The notes below the pieces were generated by a model, which was not told the origin of the DNA, did not search any database, and worked only from the letters and a program-made list of their open reading frames with translations. Of a DNA stretch of 64,000 bases, positions 1-12,059 are shown one piece after another. Position 1 is the stretch's first letter. Each line of letters begins with the position of its first letter. Both the position numbers and the translations under genes were made by a program. Source of the stretch: Heteronotia binoei (lineage: Eukaryota). The DNA lies in assembly GCF_032191835.1 (NCBI RefSeq), contig NC_083243.1:66402001-66466000 (forward strand), read 5' to 3'.

Positions 1-336
1 CAAGCCTCTCCTCCTTCTATTGGCTGAAGCTCCTCCCCCTCCTGGCCCCCTGGGGAAGAAAGGAAAGAGCCAGAGCTTCTTTTGCCCAGTTCCCTGGATT
101 CCATAGGAAAGTTACAAAGAAAGCACCTTTAAGACCAATGAGTGCTAATGTTTTAAGCATGTTTAAGTTTTTAAAAACAATTTTTTAATTGTTTGTCTGT
201 GTCCTTTTTAAAGTTTATATCTCTGCTACCTAATCTTAAATAGGTACACACACGGCCCGGCCCGACATGGCTTGGCCCAACAAGGTCTCATTTATGTCAG
301 ATTCGGCCCTCATACCAAATGAGCTTGACACCCCTG
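1..336. mobile_element. Non-autonomous hAT-type DNA transposon/MITE, one arm (runs off the window start)
   Basis: Ends in ...GAGCTTGACACCCCTG at 336, the reverse complement of a CAGGGGTGTCAA-type terminal repeat; similar CAGGGG termini bound other MITEs in this window. Confidence 0.6.
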
Positions 337-417
337 ATCTAAAGATTGGCAATTATGCAGCACAGTACATTTACTCAGAAGTTAAGTCTGGCCAAGGGTT
401 TTGTGTGCTTGGGCACT

Positions 418-1105
418 ATACTTAGCTACAGCAATCCATGCAATGATCACTTCCAGGCTGGACTACTGTAACTTGCTCTATGCAGGCTTGCCCTTGAGGC
501 TGACCTGGAAACTCCAGCTAGTTCAAAATGTGGCAGCACGGCTGGTAACACATTACCTTTACAGGCAAGTATCCGGCCAGTGTTGCACCAATTACATTGG
601 CTACCGATAAGAGTACTGGACCCGCTTCAAGGCTCTGGCCTTACATGGCCTGGGACCGACATACCTGTGGGACCACCTCTCCCCATATGCGCCCCAGAGA
701 TCGCTGCGTTCTGCTTCGCAGCATCTTCTGATCATCTCTGGCTCGAAGGATGTTTGACTTGCCTCAACCAGGGCCAGGGCCTTTTTGGCCTTGGACCCAA
801 CCTGGTGGAATCCTTACTTCCATCTGGCATCCTTACTTCCATCTGCTTGGCCTCCCTTGCCTGTCATGATGCTATATTATTTTAATCTATTATTCCATCT
901 CTAGGCCCACTGCTGTACTGATATATAGAACGCACCCAATGGAAACCACCGCATGTGACATATATGCTATTTGTTTTATTGTATTTTATGGTTTTAGCTT
1001 GTAGTTTTTGTTTTAACTTCTATTGTTTTAACTTTTGTTGTTATCCGCCCTAAGCTCACTTGTGGGAAAGGGTGGAATACAAATTAACAAAAAGTAAATT
1101 AAATT
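418..1105 (+). mobile_element. L2-clade LINE 3' fragment (decayed)
   Basis: ORF track 401-610 and 580-885 gives TSRLDYCNLLYAGLP...KLQLVQNVAARLVT and LHQLHWLPI, typical of the L2 ORF2 C-terminus; T-rich 3' UTR with GCCC...GGGTGGAATACAAATT tail. Confidence 0.75.
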
Positions 1106-1116
1106 TAAAAATCAGT

Positions 1117-1387
1117 TCATAAGAGAAGCCATGTTGGATCAGGCCAACGGCCCATCTAGTCCAACACTCTGTGTCACACTGTGGCAAAATATTTTATATT
1201 TACACACACACTGTGGCTAATATGGACCTGTGCTCCATATTTTTATCTAAACCCCTCTTGAAGGTGGCTATAGCCACCCTCTTGAAGGTGGCTATACTTG
1301 TGGCCGCCACCACCTCCTGTGGCAGTGAATTCCACATGTTAATCACCCTTTGGGTGAAGAAGTACTTCCTTTTATCCGTTTTAACCT
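1117..1387 (-). mobile_element. CR1 LINE 3' end fragment
   Basis: Reverse complement matches the 3' end of the CR1 at 49700-49968 (ATGTGGAATTCACTGCCACAGGAGGTGGTG...GGCCTGATCCAACATGGC). Confidence 0.8.
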
Positions 1388-3007
1388 GTATAGTTCCATT
1401 TCCACTAGATAGTCTCTACCATCAAGTGTGCTTTCTCTTCCACTAAAAATCTATTTGCATATGATAGTGGTTTTCAATGGGCCATTGCTCAAATAGAACT
1501 GCTAGTGGAAGAGAAAGTGTGCTCCATGGCAGAGATTATCTACCATACACAATATTGTTCATATAATCAAAGTCTTTTATGTTCTATCATATTCATTCAG
1601 AGAGAGTTGAATATGTGGTATTAGCGGTATTTAAGTTTAGCAGTATTTAAGTTTGTCTTGATCATGTATTATATCTGGATAGTTTGTAAAGTCTGTGGAA
1701 TCTGATACTTCCTTGCCTACTTTAATTGGAATGCTAGTGCTTGTTTTTATGAATGTGTGTCTGAAATATTGCCATAATCGTTCTATACCATTGTGGCTTT
1801 TAGTATTACGTGGGTATGGTAGTCAGAATGGCTCATCCTACACACTGCCCTAAGAAGATGGGTACTGATCTACCAGCACACCATGACTCAGAAATGGGAC
1901 ACAGACTGGTTTCAACTGTCAAATGTAAGAGAGAAATCTTAAGATCAACACTCTGATTGTAAATGCATTTACCTCGAAGTTAGTCCCATAGATTTCAGAG
2001 TGCAAACCACCAGGTTGAGCAGTTTTATTTTAAAACAAACTTTGTCTTAAAAAGCAAATTATGTTAAATATGAGTGTTAAGGGATTAAAATTCATTGTGA
2101 TGAGCACACAAAAAGATTAGAGTTCATTTCCATTTTAAATACTTACAAACATGCCTACCAAGTGGGGCAAACATGTTGAACAAGATCCCAAGGCTCAGGA
2201 TTACAGGGATCTAACAGCAGCCAATACAAAGCAATGTCAGCATGGCACAGAGGCAGGAGGTCCACTAAGAATATCTTTGTCATGAGCTATGATGAATCTA
2301 TAAGCAGTGTGATGCTAATACACAGCATGTTTCTTTTCCTGGCATTCATTATCTCTGTCTACATTTTAAAGAAATGATTCCTGAGGAAGAGGCAATTTTA
2401 ATTTCAAAGTTTATTATTGTAAAGATTTCAATATTGTACTTCATGTCATATTTCAACTTGTTGTTTGTTTCATAAGGTTACTAGGTACAATTCCCCATAT
2501 CCCAGTGAAATTCTGGCGTTATGAAGTAATACTAGTCATATTTTGTAACTGTTTCATTTCAGTGGGTTCTTTTCACATTCAGCATTAGACAGGTTGCTAC
2601 TGAGCATGTTTAGGAGTGCAGCTTTCAGTTAGTGAGATCTTCTACCCAAGAGTCTTTCTGATGAGTTCTCCCTGTTCATATATCCACATATTATTCAAAT
2701 ATCCTACTCACAAATGCCCTTCAAGTATTTTCACATGTTTAACAAGTATAAGTTGAACATACATCGTTGTTTGTGAAGGGATATCTGGAACAGGTTTATT
2801 GGTAAATAACATCATTTGGGGTTCTCATTTCAGATCAGGACTCCAGTGCACGGGGCAGGGGGACGGTACCCTTTCTCTATATCATTTTGTTAATCTCAAA
2901 CTGCCCCTTACAGTTTGGCCCTTTGAGGGAAAGCATGTATACCTTTTTATTGGTAACTTGTATGCTTTCCCCAGTGAGACAAATGGGATAGATTATTTGA
3001 GGGTAGG

Positions 3008-3535
3008 CAGTGCCAGCGCGTGGGAGTAGGCCAAGTAGGTGGCTGCTTAGGGCGCCCCTTGGCCTAGGGGTGTCATGAGGCACCCCCTCTCCCCATGCCT
3101 GCTTCCGTCCGCCTCCCCGTGCCCACTGCCGTCTGCCTCCCTGCACCCATCCGCCTCCCCGCGCCTGCTGCCGTCCGCCTCCCTGCGTCTGCTGCCGTCC
3201 GCCTCCCTGCACCCACTGCTGTTGCAAGGTGGGGTGGTGGTGGCAGCGAGCATGCTCAGAGCCAGCTCTGAGCACACCCACTGCCTTTCAGACTCTGCTG
3301 AGGCTTCCCGAGGCTCGGCGGCCTCTGCAAAGTCCGGGCGGGGTGTGCAGCAAGTGTGCTCAGAGCTGGCTCATTGTCTTCTGGACTCTGCTGAGGCTCA
3401 GGAGGCCTTGGCAAAGTCTGGGAGGGCGTGGCAGTTACATCATTATGATGTCATTGGGGGGCACGTGGAAATATCAATGGGGGTGGAGGATTGGGGTTTG
3501 GCCTAGGGGCACAGGCACCCCTAGCACTGGGCCTG
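3008..3535. mobile_element. GC-rich MITE-like element with an internal ~24 bp minisatellite
   Basis: Degenerate inverted termini CAGTGCCAGCGCGTGGG / CCCTAGCACTGGGCCTG; weak 8 bp flanking duplication (5/8 match); CTGCCGTCCGCCTCCC units repeated at ~3100-3212. Confidence 0.5.
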
Positions 3536-4011
3536 AGGTCGGGCATGGTACAGAGAAAAATTTTTAACAGTACCACTCAGCTCCTTGACCTTGATCTAAA
3601 TTGGGTCCACTGTGGTTGGTATTAAAAATAGCCAATGTTCTAGAGATTCATTCTATTATCTCACCCATTTCAGCCCTCAGAAAGTTTTAAAAATGTTTCT
3701 TGAGGTTTTTCTTTATGTCTGAAGAATACTAACAGAGTATACTATGTGCTATTTATATTAAGCAAATAACAGATTTCAGACCTCAAACATAATCTCAACC
3801 ATCATAATTTATTTTAGTGACTACATCATTTGCATGAATAGACTAACACATATCTGGGACCACAGGATCTGGCAAATGAAATGTAAGTCAATAATTAGGC
3901 ATGCAAAAAGATTCTGAGGATCAGGTTGATCAAAGCATTAAGACAAACAGTGCATATATTTCTTTATATATACCCGGAAGAGGGAACCAGTCAGAGAAGC
4001 AGTCAGGATTC

Positions 4012-5850
4012 CAAAGTTATAAAGGGATTGCTAAAAGAAGCTGGAGAGATGGCAGAAAACCTTAATGAGTTTTTTGCTTCTCTATCCATGCCACAGATGC
4101 TATTTTCAGGAAGAGATACTGAAGAATTGAGTCAAGTTTTGGTGACAAGAAATGAAATTCTAGACCTATTGGAGAAATTAAAAACCAATAAATCTCCAGG
4201 TGCTGATGGCATACACTAGAGTGTTCTTAGGGGACTCAAATGTCAGACAGTTGATCTACTAACCTGTAAATATAACCTGTCACTAAATTCAGCCACTGTG
4301 TCAGAAGACTGGAGTCTAGCAAATGTTACACCAATTTTTAAAAAGGAATCCAGAGGGGAACCGGGAAATCCCAAGTTGGTTAGCCTAATGTCTGTCCCAG
4401 GTAAATTAGTCGAAACTGTGATCAAAGATAGAATTATTAGGCACAGAGAGGAACAAAGCCTGCTGAAGAAAAATCAGCATAGCTTCTGCAAAGGGAAGTC
4501 CCTGCCTCATAACCTGGTAGCCATTACAAACATGGACATTCAAAAGGCTTTTGAAAATTTGACAAGGTACCTCACCAAAAACTCCCAAGTAAACAGGTGC
4601 TCTTATGGATTAAAAACTGGTTAAATGAGATGAAGCAAATAAATGGACAGCTCTTGCAATGGAGGAAAGTAATCAGCAGTGTCTCACAAGGATTGACATT
4701 GGGGCTGGTACTATTTAATTTATTTATAAATGATGTGGAAGTAGGGGTAACTAGTGCAGTGTCTGAGTTTGCAGATGACGGATGGTGAAAACTAAAGCTG
4801 ACTGTGAAGAGCTTCAAGAGGATCTCCACAAATTGGATGAATGGGCAACATTGCGGCAATGAAGTTCAATGCCGATAAGTGTAAGGTGATGCACACGGGG
4901 ACAAAAAAATCCAACTTCAACTACAGGCTAATGGGGACTGAACTTGCTGAGACTGAAAGGAAAAAAGATCTTGAGGTTGTAATGGCTAGTTCAGTGAAAG
5001 TGTCAACCCAGTGTGCTGTAGCTGCAAAAAGCAAATTCTATGTTAGGGATTATTAGGAAAGGGATTGAACATAAAATGGCTGATACTATAATGCCTCTAT
5101 ATAGATCTGAGGTATAGCCTCATTTAAAATACTGCATACAGTTCTGGTCACCATATCTCATAAAGGACACCACTGAGCTGGAAAAAAGTACAGAAGAAGG
5201 CAACCTTCCCTATTAGGAAAGGCCAAGGAGTCTGGGGCTTTTCAATTTAGAAAGAGAGTTAAGTGGAGACATGCATGATAAAGGTTTATAACGGGTGGCC
5301 AAACTTGCTTTACTTAAGAACCACACTGGCTGGCTTGGCAAAGAGATTTAAAGAGACAAATATCTTCTTCAAGCCAGCAGATGGGGCAGTGAGGGCTTTG
5401 AGAGCCACACAATATTTGTGAAAGAGCCGCATGTGGCTCTTGAGCCACAGTCTGGCCACCCCTGGTTTATAAGATTATGTATGGGGTATAGAGAGTTGAC
5501 AAAACTTGAGAGCATCCAATGAAGCTGATGGGCAGTAGATTGAGGATGGACAAAAGGAAATACCGGTACTTATTTACACAAATTATGATTAAAATGTGGA
5601 ATTTGCTTCCAGAAGATGTAGTGATGGCCACAGGAAGCTTTAAAAGAGGATTAGATAGATTAATGGATGATAGGTCTACCAGTGGTGACTGAGGGAAACC
5701 TCTGTGTTCAGAGACACTAAACCTGTTAATCCCAGAGCCAGGAGGCAACTTCAGGAGAAAGCCTTGGCCTCTACACCCCGTTTTTGGCCCTCGAGAGGAA
5801 CTGAGGCAGGGTGCTGAATGAAATGGATTATTGTTAGATCTGATTCATAA
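4012..5850 (+). mobile_element. Old, degenerate CR1 LINE (ORF2 RT region plus 3' UTR)
   Basis: Fragments EKLKTNKSPGADGIH, DWSLANVTPIFKK, LVLFNLFINDVEVG..EFADD and KFNADKCKVMH with many frameshifts. Confidence 0.85.
5292..5464. mobile_element. hAT-type MITE nested in the CR1
   Basis: Termini CGGGTGGCCAAAC / GTCTGGCCACCCCTG; perfect 8 bp target-site duplication GTTTATAA at 5284-5291 and 5465-5472. Confidence 0.85.
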
Positions 5851-6017
5851 TAGTATGATCTGGTTTTCACCACTCAATGAGAAAGCCATCAAAAATTGTT
5901 TCCCCAAAAGTTGCAGAAAGTTTTAATTGATTAAACTATGAATCACACTGATTCATGATTAGAACTCTATTGTTTAATTGAGCTCAGTACAACTAAACAT
6001 AAATCTTCAAGACACAG

Positions 6018-6445
6018 ACATGTGGGGGAACTGCAAGGCTTGCAGGCTGCATCTTATCTCTCCCACACTATTTCCTTTTTGCCTTCCCTTTAAGGCCCCA
6101 TGACCTCTCCTTTTCCCCTGCCTCTTCTCACCCTCCCACCAGCCAGCCTACTTTTATCTTCCCCCACCCCAGCCTTCAGTATTCACTCCTTTCCTCCTCC
6201 TCTTGGAAAATGCTGTTCAATGTTGGTAGCCAGGCCCAGCTGCATGGTACTGCTGGATGGACACTGGGGCAGGACAAACTGCATGGTAGAGAACCCACAA
6301 GGATTTGTGGGAAGTACATCACCTTTCCCCTGCATTCCCCTCCCCACACTATTTCCTCTTTTCTTCCTCCTGGCAGCCCCCATATCCTTTTTCCCTGTTG
6401 CCTTTTCTCCTCCAACCCACCAACTTTTTTATCTGCTCTCCATCT
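6018..6445 (-). repeat. Two adjacent copies of an unclassified purine/pyrimidine-asymmetric repeat with a terminal hairpin
   Basis: 6285-6440 reverse-complements 34020-34195 by eye; hairpin CCCACAA-GGAT-TTGTGGG at 6294-6311. Confidence 0.5.
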
Positions 6446-8335
6446 TCAGTTTTATTTATTAACAACTTCATTTATAACTTGCTTTTGTCTGCAATATGCA
6501 TTTAAAGCAGCTTATATAATTCTCTGCTCCTTTTTCTGTTTTACTGACAGAAACCAAGCCTTGAAGGCATGTTGTATTGTCTAGCAATGGCTGCAAAGAC
6601 CACTAGACAGTCACAGAGTGGGTAGTTGCTTCTTAAAGGTACATGTGCTAATTCATTTTTTTCTTTTAAAATTTCAGACTTTTCTGCAAATCTGGGACTT
6701 TTCTCTGGTTTGTAAAAAAAATACATATCTTGTCTGTTAATGGCACCAGTCTCCAGATTTAAGAATCCATAGATGGAGCCATGTTGAAATTTTGACTACT
6801 GGAGGGCTCAGAAGGGCATTTCATTTCCTTCTTTCTCTTGCCTGACAGCTCCCACAGCCTTTCCCCACCAACCAGACAATCTGCCCCTTTTTTCATCTTT
6901 TCACACATGTAGCCACTGTGAGAATTAGATACATTGATATGACAGCAAAGACATATTAAGATGGAAAGGTAATTGTTCTTAAGGCATAGATAGCAAATCT
7001 GTGCCTGAAACTGTGTTTATTCTAAGGTAATGCTGAATGTTTCAGTCCTGCTGTGATTCAGATATGGTTTTAAAAAAACAACACAAAGACTAGAATATCT
7101 CTGGCCTTGAAGCTTCGCTGCAATATCTATTACCAAATTCCTGAGCTTTAAAATGTTGGATACAGAAGCTGTCATTAGTAAACAATAAATAGGCCTTTCA
7201 TTTTTAGGGGCCATGGATTGATGTCATTCTAGTCTTCTGCAATGCACAGAGGCCTTTTCCTGGCTTGCTTCACCCCTAAACACAATGACTAACTGTTTGT
7301 ATGAGGTAAGATTAGTTTTCTTGAGCCCTGTCCCGTTCCACTCTTTTCTGACCATGCTTCACATTGGATAGGTTTTCAAACTGACAATTTGCATAAACAT
7401 AAATTAACAACAATAAAAATGCTTCTGAGATTTTAAATTCCTTTAACCAATGAAAAGAAACAAACAGTATTATGAAACAAGGGTGATGTAATACTATGGA
7501 TTTTGTTTTGTTCAGTTCCAAAGAACAGGAAGGAATGAATCTAAGCAGAAAAATTTGCTATCTTGTAACATGCTGAAGAATTTCTGTTTACTCTGTTCCC
7601 TTGCTATTGTGAGGCTCCTAATCAATTGCACAGAGAGTGTGGATTCCCATACACAGGAATAAACCTGTAGGTCACCTTCCATTGAAAGAAACGGGGAACC
7701 ATTTTAAGCAGCAGAGTCCCTAGGGTACAATGGAATGTCTTGCCTTGAACAGATTGCTATACTATTGGACAGGCTTCAGACCACAACAAGGCAAGTTATT
7801 TGAAGATCTCAGATAGAGAAGATTATGTTACCATAGGACCTAGAAATTGAGTAGATGGTATGTGCATGTATTCTGTGTATTTGCCACTGAGTTATGAGGC
7901 TTAAAAAGGTAAAATGCATATAAGAGAAGAGGACAAAGTTAAGCTTAAGAAAATGAATCCACTAACATATGGAAAGTACATGAATCTAATTATGAAGACT
8001 ACCACCTTAAAGAGAAGCCCAGGGCCATAAGAGTAGGGTTAGTAGGAGTGCCACTTTACCTGGTTTGTTTCACCTAAGACCTTTGTTAAAAAAGCAGACT
8101 TTATGGAGGGTTTCCAGATGCCCTCTTTTAAAGGACATATCCTTTTTTGGGTGCCCATTCTCTTTTGTGCTCTTTTAAAAAAAGGTAAAATGTCTTCATT
8201 TTGGGTTTGAAGGTTAGGAGTATTCTAATTAATAGCAATTATCACATTTGTCATAGTGATCAGTTGTTTGAAGTAGTCAGTCTGGAATTATATCCTCTTT
8301 TTTGCTTTTCAAAAAATGGTAACCCTACTTTGAAG

Positions 8336-8513
8336 CAGGGCCGGATCGAGGGGGGGCAGAGGGGGGTGCTTGCCCCGGGCGCCGATGGAGGGGGGCACCA
8401 AATTGGGTATGGAGTCCATTGTATTCTATGGGACCATAAGACAGAATGGCCCATAAGGGGGCATCATTTTTTAATTTTGCCCACCCTTAAAAAAACAGGT
8501 AGATCTGATCCTA
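8336..8513. mobile_element. hAT-type MITE
   Basis: Termini CAGGGCCGGATC / GATCTGATCCTA (8/12 inverted match); 8 bp TSD CTTTGAAG at 8328-8335 and 8514-8521. Confidence 0.75.
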
Positions 8514-8707
8514 CTTTGAAGACATTGCAGTTTTTATTTAAAGAATAGGATCTAGTTCAAAGCTTCTGAACCCAAAAAGAATTGCTGTTTACCATAACTA
8601 TTTCAGATACTTACAATTCATAAAATACATATAAACCTTGGATGGGTTATTGGGAAGCTATACATTTTCCATTTTTTGGGCCCATTTGGAAATATTATAG
8701 TTTGACC

Positions 8708-8889
8708 CAGGGCTTTTTTTGTAGCAGAAACTCATTTGCATATTAACCCACACCCCATGATGTAGCCAATCCTCCAAGAGCTTACAGTAGGCCCTGTAAG
8801 AAGAGCCCCATAAACTTTTGGAGGATTGGCTACATCAGGGGTATGTGGCCTAATATGCAAAGGAGTTTCTGCTACAAAAAAAAGCCCTG
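8708..8889. mobile_element. Palindromic hAT-type MITE
   Basis: CAGGGCTTTTTTTGTAGCAGAAACTC...GAGTTTCTGCTACAAAAAAAAGCCCTG; near-full palindrome; TSD GTTTGACC / GTTTGACG. Confidence 0.85.
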
Positions 8890-9019
8890 GTTTGACGTAC
8901 CAAGAATATTCCTATGGTTTTAAGAAGCCAAGCAATATAAAATAAATTGTGATAAATGTGATAAAATTGAAGGGAAAGTGTCAGGGGAGAACTTTTAAAG
9001 ATATAAAACCGCTAACACA

Positions 9020-9260
9020 AATGGAGAACCCAAAGGAAATTGTAGGGGGAGAGCTCATTTCCCCCTCCCCTGCTATTTCCTCTTTCCCTGCCCTGAACAC
9101 CCCCATAGCTCATTCCCTTTTACTATTTCTTTCTTTCCTTCCTGCACACCAGCCAACCTACCTTTATCAGTTCCCTTACCCTCCTCCTCACAGCCTCTCC
9201 CTGAGAAATCACTGCATAATTCAAGCTGCTGGGCAAGATCAGCCCTAGCTGACTAGCAGG
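9020..9260 (-). repeat. Copy of the same hairpin-ended repeat family
   Basis: Reverse complement aligns with 34780-34950 (AGGTAGG.TGGCT and AGCTAT.GGG..TTCAGGG.AGGGAAAGA.GAAATAG blocks). Confidence 0.5.
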
Positions 9261-9419
9261 GAACCCACAAAGACTTGGGGGGCATCTAACTGTTCCCTGT
9301 ACTTCCCTCCCCATATCATTGCCTCATTGTGACAACTCCCATATCCTCTCCTTTCCATACTTCCTTTTCTCTTTCCCACCCAACCACAATCTTTCATCTG
9401 CTCCTCCATCTTCAGCTAT

Positions 9420-9636
9420 ATGTATTATTCATTTATATAATAACTTTCTCAACAATAGGGACCAAAAGCAGCTTACAGCATTCTCTTCTTTTCCATTTGA
9501 TCCTCACAATAACCCTGTGAGTTGGGTTAAGAATGCATAACTGGCCCAAAGTCACCTTGCAAGACTCAGAGTGAGGATTCAAACCTGGGTCTCCCAGGTT
9601 CTAATTTGAAACTCTAACCAATGCACTATACTGGCC
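9420..9636 (-). mobile_element. tRNA-derived SINE (Squam3-like), old copy
   Basis: On the minus strand: GCCAGTATAGTGCATTGGTTAG head, box-B-like GGTTTGAATCC, and CTCACAGGGTTATTGTGAGGATCAAATGG core. Confidence 0.6.
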
Positions 9637-10244
9637 TTTTGTGTAGTGGCTGCTGTTGAACAGCAGCAAGTAACCAGACCTGGGTGAGTCATGTAAATGT
9701 CAGGTGGTAGCAAATCAGTGATTGCTGCTAGGCAACTCCATAAGCCCACTCTTAAGGGCCAAAACACCTCTGCAGAGACCTGCCCCTTCCCTCTGCCTTT
9801 TAGAGACATAAATCAGAGCTGGAAGGCTGGGAATTCCGCTGTGGTTGTCCAGCAACAACCATTGTTTCTTAAAGCTACAGACAGTGCTTTAAAAAACAAC
9901 AACAGATTTTTCTCCAAACCTGGGGCTTGTATGAGGTTTGTTCAGGGCTCCAATCTCAGATTTAAGTATCCACAGATGGGTCCACACTGAGATTAGGTAT
10001 ATTATTAAATAAGAGAACCAATAACAGACATAGTAGGACCATGAGGTTTTTTTAAAAGAAAAAGTAGTACATAAGGAAAAAAGTTGAGAACTTGCCTACT
10101 TCTATGCAGCTTTTCTCTACTTTTGCAACTTTGTTTGCTGTTGGAACCTAAATTAGAAATAATTATATAGATCTTAACAATAAAAAGCTCATTGGAAATG
10201 TTGGTGCACTAGTGTGGTGAATACACACTAGAAACTGTCTTATA

Positions 10245-10432
10245 GCGAATCAGACCACTGGCCTGTCAAAGTCAGTATTGTTTACTCAGACTGGCAGCAG
10301 CTCTCCAGGGTCTTGGACACAGGTCTTGCACATCACCAACCTGTTCCTTTTTAACAAGATTGAATCTGAAACCATGGATTGAATCTGAAACCATCTGCAT
10401 GCAAAGAGGCTCTTTCACTGAGCCATAGCCCC
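10245..10432 (-). mobile_element. tRNA-derived SINE (Squam2-like)
   Basis: Reverse complement resembles 23855-24066 (GGCTATGGCTCAGTG head; CCCTGGAGAGCTGCTGCCAGTCTGAGTA.ACAATACTGAC body). Confidence 0.65.
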
Positions 10433-10445
10433 CCTCCCACACACT

Positions 10446-10636
10446 TGGTGTAGTGGTGTAGAGAATCTGGGATACTCAGATTCAAATCCCCACTCTGCCT
10501 GGAAGCTTGCTGACTGATCTTGGACCAGTCACATACTCTCCACCTGCCCAACTTTATAAGGTTGTTGTGATGATAAAATGGTGGAGAGGAGAAAGGTATA
10601 AGCTGCATTGGGGAGAAAGGCAGGGTATAAATTAAT
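10446..10636 (+). mobile_element. tRNA-derived SINE (Squam3-like), head-to-head with the previous SINE
   Basis: TTGGTGTAGTGG head, GATTCAAATCCCCACTC box B, GGGAGAAAGGCAGGGTATAAATT tail. Confidence 0.6.
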
Positions 10637-12059
10637 AGAAAAGCAAATTCAGTGTTACAAATTGCTACGGAAGTACTAGGGAAGGATTGAAAATAAAGCA
10701 GCAAGTATGCCACATCCACATTTTGAATATCACAAACCGTTTAGTCATTCCTTCTCAAAGAAAATTTTGTAGATCTGGTGGAGATAATTATTCCAAAAAG
10801 GAAAAAAAAGCTTTTGAGTTTGAAAACATAAATTATTTGCTATTACTATCATTTGGAGTAAACATATTGTTTATTTTATTCATCTATCTTTATAATTTCT
10901 TCTTATTTCATGGCAATTCTAATGAACACTTCACTTAAAACAAACAAACAAACAAAAACCCACCAGAAGCCTGATATGCTTGAGGTTTAAGTATAGATCA
11001 AACACAAGAGAATAGAGACCAGGAATAGAAATGAGAACATACAAAGCCATTTTACTCTTGCATATTCTTATCTTTTTTGTGCTCCCTGTTATACTTCATC
11101 AATACTTATGATTGTAAAACTTCTAATCAAGAGAGTTTTTTTGTTTTTATGAAGTGTCTACTTACGAATGCCCAGTTTATGACACAAACACCATATACTT
11201 TAATAATTGTAGTAAAAGGTGTATTATTCTGAATTACTGCACTAGTAAAGATCACATTTAAAAAACATCATAGGTGCCTTCCATGAAAGAAGCGAGGTGA
11301 GAATAGTGGAAGGTCTGCTGTGGCCTATCCAAGTAGCATCCTACCAGAGCACATTTGATGCATAAAACCCACAGAATTCCTTTTCAGTTGGCAAATAGTA
11401 TGGCCAACACCACATCCTATTTATTCCTTGTGAATACATGTAAAGACTTAGTTATCTTACAGATGTTCAGAACTTCCATATGAAATATAAATGACTCTTG
11501 AGACACACAGAGATCTTACAGCTGTGCATGAAGATGGTTGCATTGTTCTGCAAGCAACCCCTTGAAGGCTGAAGATTTCCACTTTTTTTTTTAAATTGGG
11601 TATTCACAGTATATCTCAGGGCAGCTAAGGCCAGTTCGCTTGGACTAGTTACACTGCACTGGCCAAATGTGTGACAGGTGTCACAAATAGGAGTTTATTA
11701 ATGGAAATGGGAGGGTTTATGAATTAGCTAATATGTATTTCACTTTATTTCTGCTCGAGTTGTGCTGATGCTTGTTGGCCAAGTCAGTAGAGACAAAACT
11801 CAACAAAGATATAGGAATTTATACTTTAGTGTGCACTAGAGTGTTATAACCTCCTACGTGATTAGTCGTATACTTGCCCAAATGGCAGACCAGTACCAAG
11901 TAGCTATTTAACCACACTATTATTAGGAGTTGCTAAACAGTTATAAAGGGGCAGATGAGTTTTGGTTTTCTAACTGCATCTTCATGATTGAAGGGATTAT
12001 CTGTACACAATTTAGATGTAATTAGATTAACAGTACAAAGACTAAAAATCTGACTCTCA

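Noticed and set aside
2289-2384. C/D-box snoRNA-like ATGATGA...CTGA
   Set aside because: No terminal stem, no evident guide, and not inside a known host intron; chance motifs
5810-5818. REST/NRSE half-site GGTGCTGAA
   Set aside because: The second half-site does not match and the motif lies in a CR1 3' UTR
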